The position numbers and the translations under genes are program-made. Shown here in pieces: positions 22,800 to 34,944 of a stretch of 64,000 nucleotides of DNA. This DNA is from Mustelus asterias (lineage: Eukaryota): positions 50,902,001 to 50,966,000 of the forward strand of contig NC_135808.1 of the NCBI RefSeq assembly GCF_964213995.1, written 5' to 3'. Every line of letters begins with the position of its first letter. The stretch's first letter is position 1. Under the pieces are notes generated by a model. The model was not told the origin of the DNA, did no database searches, and saw only the letters and a list, made by a program, of their open reading frames with translations.

Positions 22800-23560
22800 T
22801 AATCAACTCTTCTGATCCACTGAAAGCATGGAGTGTGTTCTCAAGACACAGCCATGGAGGTGGCATTGTCTGGCCAATAGAGATATTTTGCAGTCATGTC
22901 GTTAGCTGCCAAGACTCAGTGGATGGATGAATGATGAACAGTGCCATGCTCATTATCCCATCCACTTGCCTTGTTGCCACTCATCTATCAGGATGTGTGT
23001 GCCCACATTGATGACCCTTGCCCAGGTCCCTCACAGCTGCACACTCTCATAGCATAACAGTGTGACTAAGATGGAGTAAACCAGGTTGTCAGTGGTCAGG
23101 GGGAACAACATGCTCCCTTGGAACCACAGCTACAGCTGATACGTCACCAAGCATTTGTGCAGAGCCATTCTTTCCACACACCATTGTCAGTAATCATTGA
23201 TGGCATGGTGAAAATGGTGAGTGCATATAAGCACACAAAAAGTGAATGAGAGAATGGCTCACCACCCTTTACACCTTACATTTTAATCATAGAGTTACAC
23301 ACAAAGGAGAAGTGATGTAAAGGGTGGGTCCAGCCACACCTCATGGACCAAGACCTTCAGTTTCAGGTGCAAAAAGTCCAGAAGAGCAGACCAGTCCTTC
23401 ACCCTGCTGGCCTTCACAATTCCCCTGTAGCAAACTAGAAGCTTATGTTCAAACAGCAGCTGTGCTGAGCACAGCAGGAGAGCTTCAGCACTCATGGATT
23501 CAGTGCAGGAAAAAATTCAATGACCTGCTGTGTTCCAGCAAGGTAAGTAGCCTGGCTCAT
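22800..23560. mobile_element. Degraded Harbinger-like DNA transposon relic
   Basis: Plus-strand Myb/SANT-like HSWIQCRKKFNDLL (~23489-23530) followed by a GTAAGT donor; faint transposase-like remnants on the minus strand ~22980-23175. Confidence 0.45.
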
Positions 23561-23786
23561 CCACACAGAACTCCAAGTGAAGGATCATATCTGTGTGCTC
23601 CAGCTAAGGTGTGAGACATGGCACTTACCTCTGCTTTAGTATTGAGGTGTGTATGTATACACAGCTCACATAAATGCACACAGAACACATGTGAAGAAGC
23701 ACTGTGAAGCACCGCTACAGTGAAGAGCAATATCACTCTATGTCCTATATATCAGGCTAACGTAAATTCATGCTGTCATTGTATAA

Positions 23787-24088
23787 GTTTATTTATCAGT
23801 GTCACAAGTAGGCTTACATTAACACTGCAATGAAATTACTGTGAAAACTCCCTAGTTGCCACACTCCGGCGCCAGTTTGGGTGCACTGAGGGAGAATTTA
23901 GCATGGCCAATGCACCTAACCAGCACATCTTTTGGACTGTGGGGGGAGGCCGGGGCACCCGGGGGAGGCCCGCGCGGGCGTGGGGGGAATGTGCGGACTC
24001 CGCGCGGACGGTGGCCCAGGCTGGGAATCGAGCCCGGGTCTCTGGCGCTGTGAGGCGGCAGTGCTAACCACTGTGCCACTGTGCTGCC
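23787..24088 (-). mobile_element. V-SINE, heavily A-to-G mutated on the plus strand
   Basis: Same subfamily tail as 14588-14882; about 22 A>G in 23940-24060. Confidence 0.9.
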
Positions 24089-24274
24089 TTTGCATTTCAA
24101 AATGGTGACAAACACTGCAGAGATGACCCCGACTGGGTGTCAGCGTGACTGCTACACATCCATCCTGTTAAACAGATGGGCATGGAGATTGCCAGCGTGC
24201 CTGAACAGCTGCCCATGATGATGGCCGTCTGCTGTGCCCACTACTTTGGCTGTGTTTGCATTCCATGTGTCACA

Positions 24275-25698
24275 GGATGTGGTCCCTATATTCAAGAAAG
24301 GGAACAGGGACAGCCCGGGAAATTACCGACCGGTGAGTCTAACCTCAGTGGTTGGTAAGTTGATGGAGAGGATCCTGAGAGACAGGATTTATGATCATCT
24401 AGAGAAGTTTAGTATGATCAAAAGTAGTCAGCAAGGCTTTGTCAGGGGCAGGTCGTGCCTTACGAGCCTGGTTGAGTTCTTTGAAAATGTGACCAAACAC
24501 ATTGACGAAGGAAGAGCGGTGGATGTGGTCTATATGGACTTCAGCAAGGCGTTCGATAAGGTCCCCCATGCAAGACTTCTTGAGAAAGTGAGAGGGCATG
24601 GGATCCAAGGGGCTGTTGCCTTGTGGATCCAGAACTGGCTTGCCTGCAGAAGGCAGAGAGTGGCTGTGGAGGGGTCTTTCTCTGCATGGAGGTCAGTGAC
24701 CAGTGGAGTGCCCCAGGGATCTGTTCTGGGACCCTTGCTGTTTGTCATTTTCATAAATGACCTGGATGAGGAAGTGGAGGGATGGGTTGGTAAGTTTGCT
24801 GACGACATCAAGGTAGGTGGTGTTGTGGATAGTTTGGAGGGATGTCAGAAGTTGCAGCGAGACATAGATAGAATGCAAGACTGGGCGGAGAAGTGGCAGA
24901 TGGACTTCAACCCGGATAAGTGTGTGGTGATCCATTTTGGCAGATCCAATGGGATGAAGCAGCAGTATAATATGAAGGGTACCATTCTTAGCAGTGTAGA
25001 GGATCAGAAGGACCTTGGGGTCCGGGTCCATAGGACTCTTAAATCGGCCTCGCAGGTGGAGGATGCGGTCAAGAAGGCGTACGGCGTACTGGCCTTCATT
25101 AATCGAGGGATTGAGTTTAGGAGTCGGGAGATAATGCTGCAGCTTTATAGGACCCTGGTTAGACCCCACTTGGAGTACTGCGCGCAGTTCTGGTCACCTC
25201 ATTACAGGAAAGATGTTGAAGCCATTGAAAGGGTGCAGAGGAGATTTGCAAGGATGTTGCCTGGATTGGGGGGCATGCCTTATGAGGATAGGTTGAGGGA
25301 GCTTGGTCTCTTCTCCCTGGAGAGACGAAGGATGAGAGGTGACCTGATAGAGGTTTACAAGATGTTGAGAGGTCTGGATAGGGTAGACTCTCAGAGGCTA
25401 TTTCCAAGGGCTGAAATGGTTGCTACGAGAGGACACAGGTTTAAGGTGCTGGGGGGTAGGTACAGAGGAGATGTCAGGGGTAAGTTTTTCACTCAGAGGG
25501 TGGTGGGTGAGTGGAATCGGCTGACGTCGGTGGTGGTGCAGGCAAACTCGTTGGGGTCTTTTAAGAGACTTCTGGATGAGTACATGGGATTTAATGGGAT
25601 TGAGGGCTATAGATAGGCCTAGAGGTGGGGATGTGATCGGCGCAACTTGTGGGCCGAAGGGCCTGTTTGTGCTGTGGCTTTCTATGTTCTATGTTCTA
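24275..25698 (+). mobile_element. CR1 LINE, 5'-truncated, intact ORF2 C-terminal frame
   Basis: ORF 24234-25616 RT motifs; (TTCTATG)n tail. Confidence 0.95.
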
Positions 25699-26114
25699 TG
25701 ACACTGTTCTTCTGTGACCAGGATCGAGAATCCCGAAGGTTGTATTGCCTGCCTGGTGCTCCTGTCCAGGATATCTCATCTGGGCTGCAGAGGAACTTGG
25801 AGTGGGAGGGTAAGAACCCAGTTGTAGTGGTCCACGTAGGTACCAATGACATAGGCAGAACAGGAACAGAGGTTCTGCAGAGGGAGTATGAAAAGCTAGG
25901 AGCCAAACGAAAAAGCAGAACCAACAAGGTAGTGATCTCTGGATTACTACCTGAGCCACAAGCAAATTGGCGCAGGGTCAATAAGATTAAGGAGGCAAAT
26001 GTGTGGCTGAAAGATTGGTGCGGGCGGAATGGGTTTGAATTCATGAGACATTGGCACCAGTATTGGGGAAGATGGGCCCTGTTCCGATGGGATGGTCTTC
26101 ATCTGAATCATGTT

Positions 26115-27748
26115 GGGATTCTGTTACTAAAGAGGTAGTGCTTGGTAGGCTAATGGGACTAAAGATAGACAAGTCCCCAGGCCCGGATGGAATGCATCCC
26201 AGGGTACTGAAAGAAATGGCAGAAGTAATGGCAGATGCGTTAGTTGTAGTTTATCAAAATTCGCTGGACTCTGGGGTAGTGCCGGCTGATTAGAAAGCAG
26301 CTAATGTGACGCCACTGTTCAAAAAAGGAGGTAGACAAAAGGCGGGTAACTACAGGCCGGTTAGCTTAACGTCCGTAGTTGGGAAATTGCTGGAATCCAT
26401 CATTAAAGAAGAAATAGCAGGACACCTGGAGAAAAATGGTTCGATCAAACAGACGCAGCATGGATTCATGAAAGGAAAGTCGTGTTTGACGAATTTACTG
26501 GATTTTTATGAAGATGTAACAAGTGCAGTTGACAGAGGGGAACTAGTGGATGTGGTGTATTTAGATTTCCAGAAGGCGTTCGATAAGGTGCCTCACAAAA
26601 GGTTGCTGCAGAAGATTAGGGTACACGGAGTTGGGGGTAAAGTGTTAGCGTGGATTGAGGATTGGCTATCTAACAGGAAGCAGAGCGTCGGAATAAATGG
26701 GTGCTTTTCTGGTTGGCAGTTGGTGACCAGTGGCGTGCCGCAGGGATCAGTGCTGGGGCCTCAACTGTTCACCACATACATAGACGATCTGGAGGAGGGG
26801 ACCGAGTGTAGGCTAACAAAGTTTGCGCATGACACAAAGATGAGTGGGAAAGTGAATTGCATGGAGGATGCGGAAAGTCTGCAGAGCGATTTGGATAGGC
26901 TAAGTGAGTGGGTGAGGATCTGGCAGATGGAGTATAACGTTGGTAATTGTGAGGTTATCCACTTTGGAAGGAATAATAGTAAAATGGACTATTATTTAAA
27001 TGGTGAAAAATTACAACGTGCTACTGTGCAGAGGGACCTGGGGGTCCTTGTGCATGAATCACAAAAACTCAGTTTGCAGGTGCAGCAGGTGATCAAGAAG
27101 ACAAATGGAATGTTGGCCTTTATCGCGAAGGTGATGGAGTATAAAAGCAGGGAGGTCTTGCTGCAACTGTACAGGGTACTGGTGAGGCCGCAACTGGAGT
27201 ACTGTGTGCAATTTTGGTCCCCTTATTTGCGGAAGGATATATTGGCCTTGGAGGGGATACAGAGAAGGTTCACCAGGTTGATACCGGAGATGAGGGGATT
27301 AGCTTATGAGGAGAGATTGAGTAGATTGGGCCTGTACTCGTTGGAGTTTAGAAGGCTGAGGGGAGATCTTATAGAGACATATAAGATAATGAAGGGGCTG
27401 GACAGGGTAGAGGCAGAGAGATTCTTTCCACTGAGAAAGGAAACAAGAACTAGAGGACACAGCCTCAAAATAAGGGGGAGTCAGTTTGGAACAGAGTTGA
27501 GGAGGAACTTCTTCTCTCAGAGGGGAGTGAATCTCTGGAATTCTCTGCCCATTGAAGCAGTGGAGGCTACCTCGTTAAATATGTTTAAGTCACATGTCGA
27601 TAGATTTCTGATCAATAAGGGAATTAAGGGGAGCGGGCGGGTAAGTGGAACGAAACCACTATCAGATCAGCCATGATCTTATTGAATGGAGGGGCAGACT
27701 CGAGGGGCTAGATGGCCTACTCCTGCTCCTATTTCTTATGTTCTTATA
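26115..27748 (+). mobile_element. CR1 LINE (different subfamily), 5'-truncated
   Basis: ORF 26306-27676 RT; TTCTTATG tail. Confidence 0.93.
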
Positions 27749-27989
27749 TTCTTATTAGTCTCTGCTTCTATCCACCACACTCTCGTTGTCTCCCTTTCTT
27801 GTCCTTCCTGTCTCAGACTCCTTGTTTACTCTCATTCACTCCTTCTTTCTTTCTTCTCATTCTTCCTCCCTCTCTTCCTCTCAGTTTCTCCCTCAATTTA
27901 TCGCATTCTCTTTGTTCCTCTGTATTCTCAGCTCACTCTGCCCCAGAAGAGACACCACCCTCCTGGTATCCACTCTGTCAGTCCCCTCA

Positions 27990-28910
27990 CAATCTGATAT
28001 GATTCAATAAGATCACCTCTCATTCTTCTAAACTCCAATGGGTTCAGGCCCAGCCTGTCCAACTTTTCTTCATAAGATAACCCTTCACCCCAGGAATGTG
28101 TCGAGTGAATCTTCTCTGAACTGCTTCCAACACAATGATATCCTTTTCCAAATAAGGAGACCTAAACTGTACACAGTATTCCAGATGTGGTCTCACCGAG
28201 ACCCTGTACAGCTGCAGTAAAACTTCCCTATTTTTATATTCCATTCTCCTTGTAATAAACACCAACATTCCATTTGTCTTCCTAATCACTTGCTGTAGCT
28301 GCAGACTAACTTGTTGTGATTCATGTCCCAGGACAGCCAGATCCCTCTGTAGCACCGAGTTGTGCAATCTCTCTCCATTTCAATAGTTTACTGCTGTTCT
28401 ATTCTTCCTGCCAAAGTGGACACCTTCACATTTACCCAGGTTATACTCCACATGTTTAGCCACTCACTTCCCCTGTCCCTATCCCTTTGCAGACTCTCTA
28501 CCTCCTTTTGATAACTTACTTTCCCACCTATCTTAGTGTCATTGGGACATGAGCTCCATTCACTCCCTTCATCCAAGTCATTGATATGGATTGTGAATAG
28601 TTGTGGTCCCAGCACTGATTGTTCCAGAACTCCACTAACTACAGCTTCCCAACCCCAAAACAATCATTTATCCCCTCTCTCTGGTTTCTGTTAATTAACC
28701 AATCCTCTATCAATGCTAATATGTTACCCACACACCATCTTCTTACCCACACACCATCGTATCTTGTGTAGTAACATTTGATGTGGCAATTTATCAAATA
28801 CCTTTTCGAATTCCCTGTACATCACAGCGACAAGTTCCCTTTTATCCATTTTGTGACCTCCGCAAAGGTGGACAATGACAAATGCACAACAGAAAGAAAC
28901 TGCTCCACAT
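27990..28910 (-). mobile_element. Old degraded CR1 fragment
   Basis: VRPHLEYCVQF, VLGPQLFTIHINDL and FEKVFDKLPH remnants. Confidence 0.8.
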
Positions 28911-28921
28911 CGACCATGATG

Positions 28922-29117
28922 TCCCACTGGAGCCTCCAATAGGGACCAGTAAACATGGGCCTCCTTCCCACTGGAGCCTCCAATAGGGAGCAGTAAACGT
29001 GGCCTCCTTCCCACTGGAGCCTCCAATAGGGACCAGTAAACATGGGCCTCCTTCCCACTGGAGCCTCCAGTAGGGACCAGTAAACATGGGCCTCCTTCCC
29101 ACTGGAGCCTCCAGTAG
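28922..29117. repeat. 44-bp tandem repeat, ~4.5 copies
   Basis: Unit TCCCACTGGAGCCTCCAATAGGGACCAGTAAACATGGGCCTCCT, starts at 28922, 28966, 29009, 29053, 29097. Confidence 0.92.
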
Positions 29118-29934
29118 CTGAGCTTCAAACTCCACATCCTCTCCATGACGTAAGCCTCTTATTTCCACAACATTGTCTGTCTCTACACTACATCATTCCC
29201 TTAAGTACAGAAACCCTTATCCCTGCATGTCCCGCCTACTAACTCCATTATTCCGATATCCTCACCCAGCTCCCCACATCCATAAACCCCAACTTGTCCC
29301 AAATGCAATGGGTCTGGACCCTCTCTCACACCAACATTATCCCTAACCTTACTGACATATCACCCCTGACCTCAGTGATCTATCGCCCCTGATTTCAGTT
29401 ACCTGTTACTCCTGACCTCACTGACCTGTCACCCCTGACCTCACTGCCCTCCAATTCCCTCCATGGCCTCACTCCTCCCTACCCTGCGTTCCTGCTCCAG
29501 ACTCACATTTCTCCCTCACCTTCCACCTTCTGACTCTGCTCCCCGGCCCATCGCTGCTTCCTTCATCCCACCATTGACAGCAGAGCCTTCAGACGCCCAG
29601 GCCCTGCTCTCTGAGCTCCCACCCTTAATCCCTCCCCCTGTCCAAGTCTTTCTCCCCATCAAACTCCATCCTTTCACCCAAGCCTTCGATCTCTCTTCCT
29701 AAACTACCCCCAGCCCCTCCCCCATTCCTCTTACGCTGCTCTGTGAAACATAATGGGCTATGTTGTACACTAAGGTGCTATATAAATTCAGGTTCTGTGT
29801 GGATTTTGGTTGGGGACAGAATTAGACACAGTGGTGAAGGCTCCTGCAGTCAAATATCCTGCTGACAGGATCCAGACTTTAACAGATCGAATGGGACATT
29901 GTGTAAAGTAGGAATTATTAAAATGTATTCATTG

Positions 29935-32710
29935 ACGGGGTGTGGGTGTCACTGGTTATACCAGCATTTATTGCCCATCCCTAATTGTCCTTGAGAAGGT
30001 GGTGATGAGCTGCCTTCTTGAGCCACTGCAGTCCATGAGGTGTACATACACCCACAGTGCTGTTAGGGAGCGTTTTCAGGATTCTGACCCAGCGACAGTG
30101 CATGAATGGAGATGTATTTCCACGTCAGAATGGCGTGTGGCTTGGAGGGGAATCTCCTGGTGGTGTTGATCCCAGGGATCTCCTACATTTGTCTTTCCAG
30201 ATGATAGTGGTCACGGTATTCGAAGGTGCTGCCTCAGGAACCTTGGTGAGTTCATGCAGGGCATCTTATAGATGGTACACACTGCTGCTGCTGTTCGACA
30301 GTGGTGAAGGGATTTAATGTTTGTGAATGGGTGCCAATCAACTGGGGCTGCTTTGTCCTGGATGGTGTTGAGCTTCTTGAGTGTTGCTGGAGCTCTACTC
30401 ATCCAGACAAGTGGAGAGTATTCCATCACACTCCGGACTTGTGCCTTGTAGATGGTGGACAGGCTTTGGGAGGTCAGGATGTGAGTTACTCACCGCAGGA
30501 TTCCTATCCACTGACCTGCTCTTGTAGCCACAGTATTTATAGGCTGGTCCAGTTGAGTTTCTGGTCAATCATATCCAACAGGATTTTACAGTGGGGGATT
30601 CAGCAATGGTAATGACATTGAATGTCAAGGGGAGATGTTAAAATTCTCTCTTGTTGGAGATGGTGGTTCCGTGGCACTTGTGTGGCACGAATGTTCCTGC
30701 TTCAATATCTGAGGAGTTGTGAATGGTGCTGAGCATTGTGCAATCATCAGTGAACATCCCCACTTCTGAAGGTTATTAATGAAGCAGCTGAAGATGGTTG
30801 TGTCTCAGACACTACCCTGAGGAACTCCTGCAGTGATGTCCCAAGGCAATCTCAGATTGCAATCCGCTAACCACAACCATTTTCTCATCATATTGGGTGG
30901 CATGGTGACACACTCGTTAACACTACTGCCTCACAGCGCCAAGGACCCGGGTTCAATTCCTGGCATGGGTCACTGTCTGTGTGGAGTTTGCATGCTCTCC
31001 CCGTGTCTGCTTGCGTTTCCTCCGGGTGTTCCGGTTTCCTCCCACAGTCCAAAAGACCTGCTGGTTAAATGCATTGGTCATGCTAAATTCTCCCTCAGTG
31101 TACCCGAACAGGCGCCGGAATGCGGTGACTAAGGCATTTTCCTGGTAACTTCATTGCAGTGTTAATGTAAGCCAACTTGTGACACTAATACTGACACTTA
31201 AACTTAAAAGTCCAATAACCACAACCATCTACCTTTGTGCTGGGTGTGACTCCAGCCAGTGGAGAGTTTCCCCCTGATTCCCATGGGCTCCAGTTTTACG
31301 AGGGCTCCTTGATGCCACACTCGGTCAAATGTTGCCTTGATGTCAAGGGCAGTCACTCTCACCTCACCTCTGGAGTTCAGCTCTTTTGTCCATGTTTGAA
31401 CCAAGGCTGTAATGAGGTCAGGAGCTGAGTGATCCTGGCGGAACCCTAACTGTGTGTCACTGAGCAGGTTGTTGCTCGTAAGTGCCGCTTGATAGAACTG
31501 TCAACAATTTAAATCACTTCACTGATGATTCAGAGTGGATTGTTGGGGCGGTAAGAGGCCAGAATAGAATTATCCTGTTTTTTGGTATACAGGACATGTC
31601 TGGGCAATTTTCCACATTGCCGGATAGATGCCAGTGTTGTAGCTGTACTGGAACAGCTTGGCTGGGGGCACGACAAGTTCTGGAGCGCAGGTCTTCAGGA
31701 CTATTGCGGGATTATTGTCAGGAGACAGAGTCATTGCTGAATCCAGTTGCAAATGTATCAGCCTTTTCTTTTCACTGATGGGCTGGGCTCCTCCATCATT
31801 GAAGATGGGGATATTTGCGGAGCCTCCTCCTCCAGTGAGTTGTTTAATTGTCCACCACCATTCACGGCTGGATGTGACAGGACTACAGAGCTTAGATCTG
31901 ATCCATTAGTTGTGGGATGGTTTAGCTCTGTCTATCACTTGCTGCTTCTGCTGTTTGGCACACAGTCCTGTGTTGTAGCTTCACCAGGTTAACACCTCAT
32001 TTTTCAGTTTATTTGCTGTTGCTCCTGCCATGCCCTCCTGCACTCTTCATTGAACCAGGGTTGATCCCCAGGCTGGGTGGTAATGGTAGAGTGGGGGATA
32101 TGCCGGGCCATGAGGTTACAGATTGTGGTTGAGTACAATTCTGCTGCTGCTGATGGCCCACAGTGCCTCATGGATGCCCAGTTTTGAGTTGCTAGATCTG
32201 TTTGAAATCGATCCCATTTAGCACGGTGGCAGTGCCACACAACACGATGGAGGGTATCCTCAATGTGAAGATGGGATTTTATCTCCACAAGGACTGTGCG
32301 GTGGTCACTCCTACCGATACTGTCATGGACAGATGCATCTGCGGCAGGCAGGTTGGTGAGGATGAGGTCAGGTGTTGGTTCCCTCCCCACCTGCCGCAGT
32401 CCCAGTCTAGCAGCTATGTCCTTTAGGACCCGGCCAGCTCGGTGTGTGGTGGTGCTACCGAGTAACTCTTGGTGATGGACATTGAAGTCCCCACCCAGAG
32501 TACACTCTGTGTCCTTGCCACCCTCAGTGCTTCATCCAAGTGCTGTTCAACATGGAGAGAACTGATTCACCAGCTGAGGGGGGTGGGACGGTATGTGGTA
32601 ACCAGAGGAGGTTTCCTTGTCCGTGTTTGACATGTTACCGAGAGACTACATGGAGTCTGGAATGTTGTTGAGGATTCCCAGGATAACTCCCTCCTGACTG
32701 TATCCCACTG
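29935..32710 (-). mobile_element. Jockey-group LINE, degraded, with a V-SINE inserted
   Basis: IGRSDHRTV endonuclease motif, VLKTCAPEL, ALDIKATFDRVWH and MEYSPLVW motifs. Confidence 0.82.
30894..31195 (+). mobile_element. V-SINE
   Basis: B box GGTTCAATTCC and V-domain core. Confidence 0.85.
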
Positions 32711-33239
32711 TGCCTTCTGTGCTGGGAGATTGGAGGTAGTGGACACGGTTCACCATTTTCTCCCGTCTCAGTAACAAACATCCAGCTGCTCTGAGCTCCT
32801 TCTTTCACTTCCTCTGTTGGTTACGTTTCAATCTTCCGATCTGACAGTCTTTGCAGTTATTTTTGACACTGGGGATTTGTGCTGTGGTCTGAATCTCTAA
32901 CAATAACTGTCCAATCAGTGAAAAGAACAGCAGCTCAGAGCAGTCAGGACTGAGGAGCCAGGCTCACTGGGAAACACATTGGGAGGATCAAAGCCATTGG
33001 TCTTCAGCTCCCGATACAAACTCCATCCCTCCCCCTGAGCACTGTCTGCTGCTCAACCAGACTCTCTACAACATTGGCCTCATCTTTGACCCCGATCTGA
33101 CCCCCCAAATCCTCCACGTCACAAAAATTACTCTGCTCCCTCTTTCTTAGATCCAAAGTGGATGTTTTCACATTCTCCACATTGAACTCTATCTTCCATT
33201 GTCTTCAGACCCCATCACAAACTCTGTTCCCTCAACACT

Positions 33240-33690
33240 GACTCCATCCCTTCCCCTTGGAGTGTCTGACTCTGAACCACACACTCCACAGCCATGGTGT
33301 CCTATTTGACCCTGAGATGAGTTTCCCACCACATCATCCACTCCATCACTAAGACCACCTAGTTCCACCTCAGTAACATCACCCGAGTCCCCCCTGCCTC
33401 ACATCATCTGCTGCTGAAAATCTCATCCGTGTCTTTGTTACCTCTGAACGTTACTATTCCAATGCTGTCCTGGCCGACCTCACACCCACCACCCTCCGTT
33501 ATCATCAGCTCACCCAGAACTCTGCAGCCCGGATCTGAACTCACACCAAATCCCGTTCACCCGTCACCCCCTGTGTTCACTGACCTACACTGACCCCCGG
33601 TCCAGCCATGCCCCGATTTTAACATAAACATCCTGCCTCTCAAATCCCTCCCTATCCTGCACCCTCCCTATCTCTGTAACCTCCTCTAAG
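33240..33690 (+). mobile_element. L2 LINE fragment
   Basis: Degenerate AE.LI..FVTS..YYSNAVL motif; related L2 3' remnant at ~29120-29790. Confidence 0.6.
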
Positions 33691-34160
33691 CTGCCTAACT
33701 TAGTGTGCTCAGTAATCTTGGATATGTGTCTCTCTATTCCTTCATCCAAGTCATTGACAAATATAGTGAAAAGCTGAGGCTTCAGCACAGACCCCTGGGG
33801 ACATCACTATTCACAGCTTGCTGATTGGAATACACACACATTATCCCTACTCTCTGTCTCCTATCTCCGAACCAATTCCTTATCTATGGCAAAAGCTTTC
33901 CTCAAATTCCATACGCTTCCATTTTTATTCACAGCCTCTCGTGTGGCACCTACCCGAATGTCTTCTGGAAATGCATAGAAATAACATCCAGAGACATTCC
34001 TTTATCGAACACATTAGTGGCTCATTCACAAATGTAAGCGGCTGAGTTGAACATATCTGACTCTTTTGAAAACCATGTTGACTCTCTCTGATCAGTTCAT
34101 GTTTCTCACTCGTCCTGCCTCTAATAAACATTCCAGTCACATTCCCACAACACACATTAA
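33690..34160 (-). mobile_element. Old CR1 fragment
   Basis: LIRESQHGF and PQLFTIFVNDLDEG remnants. Confidence 0.7.
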
Positions 34161-34944
34161 ACTGAGCTGTTAGTTGTGAATGACTCTAGCAAACAGGTTA
34201 GTATGGACATGAGGGGTTGAATGGCCTCCTCCTGTGTTATAGACCTATCTGAGTCCTTGACTGAAACAAGGAGGTGAACTGGAGGTTAAACAATGAGTTG
34301 AAGGTAGACGGAGTGTTATTAGTGGGTCATGTCCAATGTACATTGTGTCCATCACTCTCTCCAAAAGATGGGGGCAAATTTCCCGAAAAACAATGTGCCG
34401 TTGGGGGTGGGAAAACACGAGACTTCCCCACCGTTTTCTGGGCGTACTCAGTCAGTTGAATTTCCAGCATTTGGTGCTTCACAAAATCCGCCAGGGATTT
34501 ATGCCAGTGGGCGGGGCCTAATCCCACCCGTGGGGCCAGGATCAGCACCCCCACATCCCTGCCTCGCGATGGCTTCCTGAACCTAATTCCCCCCCTCCCC
34601 TGATCACCGGCCCCGACACTCCCACCCCCACCCCCCCTTCCAATCGCCAGCCTCCCGATGGCTTCCCCAACCCACCCCCACCCACCCCTCCAATTGCCGG
34701 CCCCGACACCCCCACTCCCTGATCACCAGCCTCCCAATGGCTTCCTCAACTGGAAGGTTCCTGCTGAAGTCAGCAACAATTCTGGTCCCCCCCCTCCCCA
34801 CACCAGCTTCTGAACAAACATCAGCGATGGAATTGGGGAGAAGCGCAGAAAGAAACTTTAGTAAAAGTCAAACCAGCTTCACAGTCATCGTCATTGCTCG
34901 CGCACTTTGACCCGAGCAAACCATTCGGAATCATTTGTGATGCC

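Larger units (their letters stand above)
20498..26112 (+). mobile_element. CR1 5' end (5' UTR plus ORF1 with Cys motif, leucine zipper and SGNH esterase), split by a 4.4-kb insertion
   Basis: 5' UTR matches ~60714-61020; ORF1 reads ...VVIGDSIVRGIDT at 21305 and resumes ...FCDQDRESRRLYCLPGA...VHVGTND at 25700. Confidence 0.85.
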
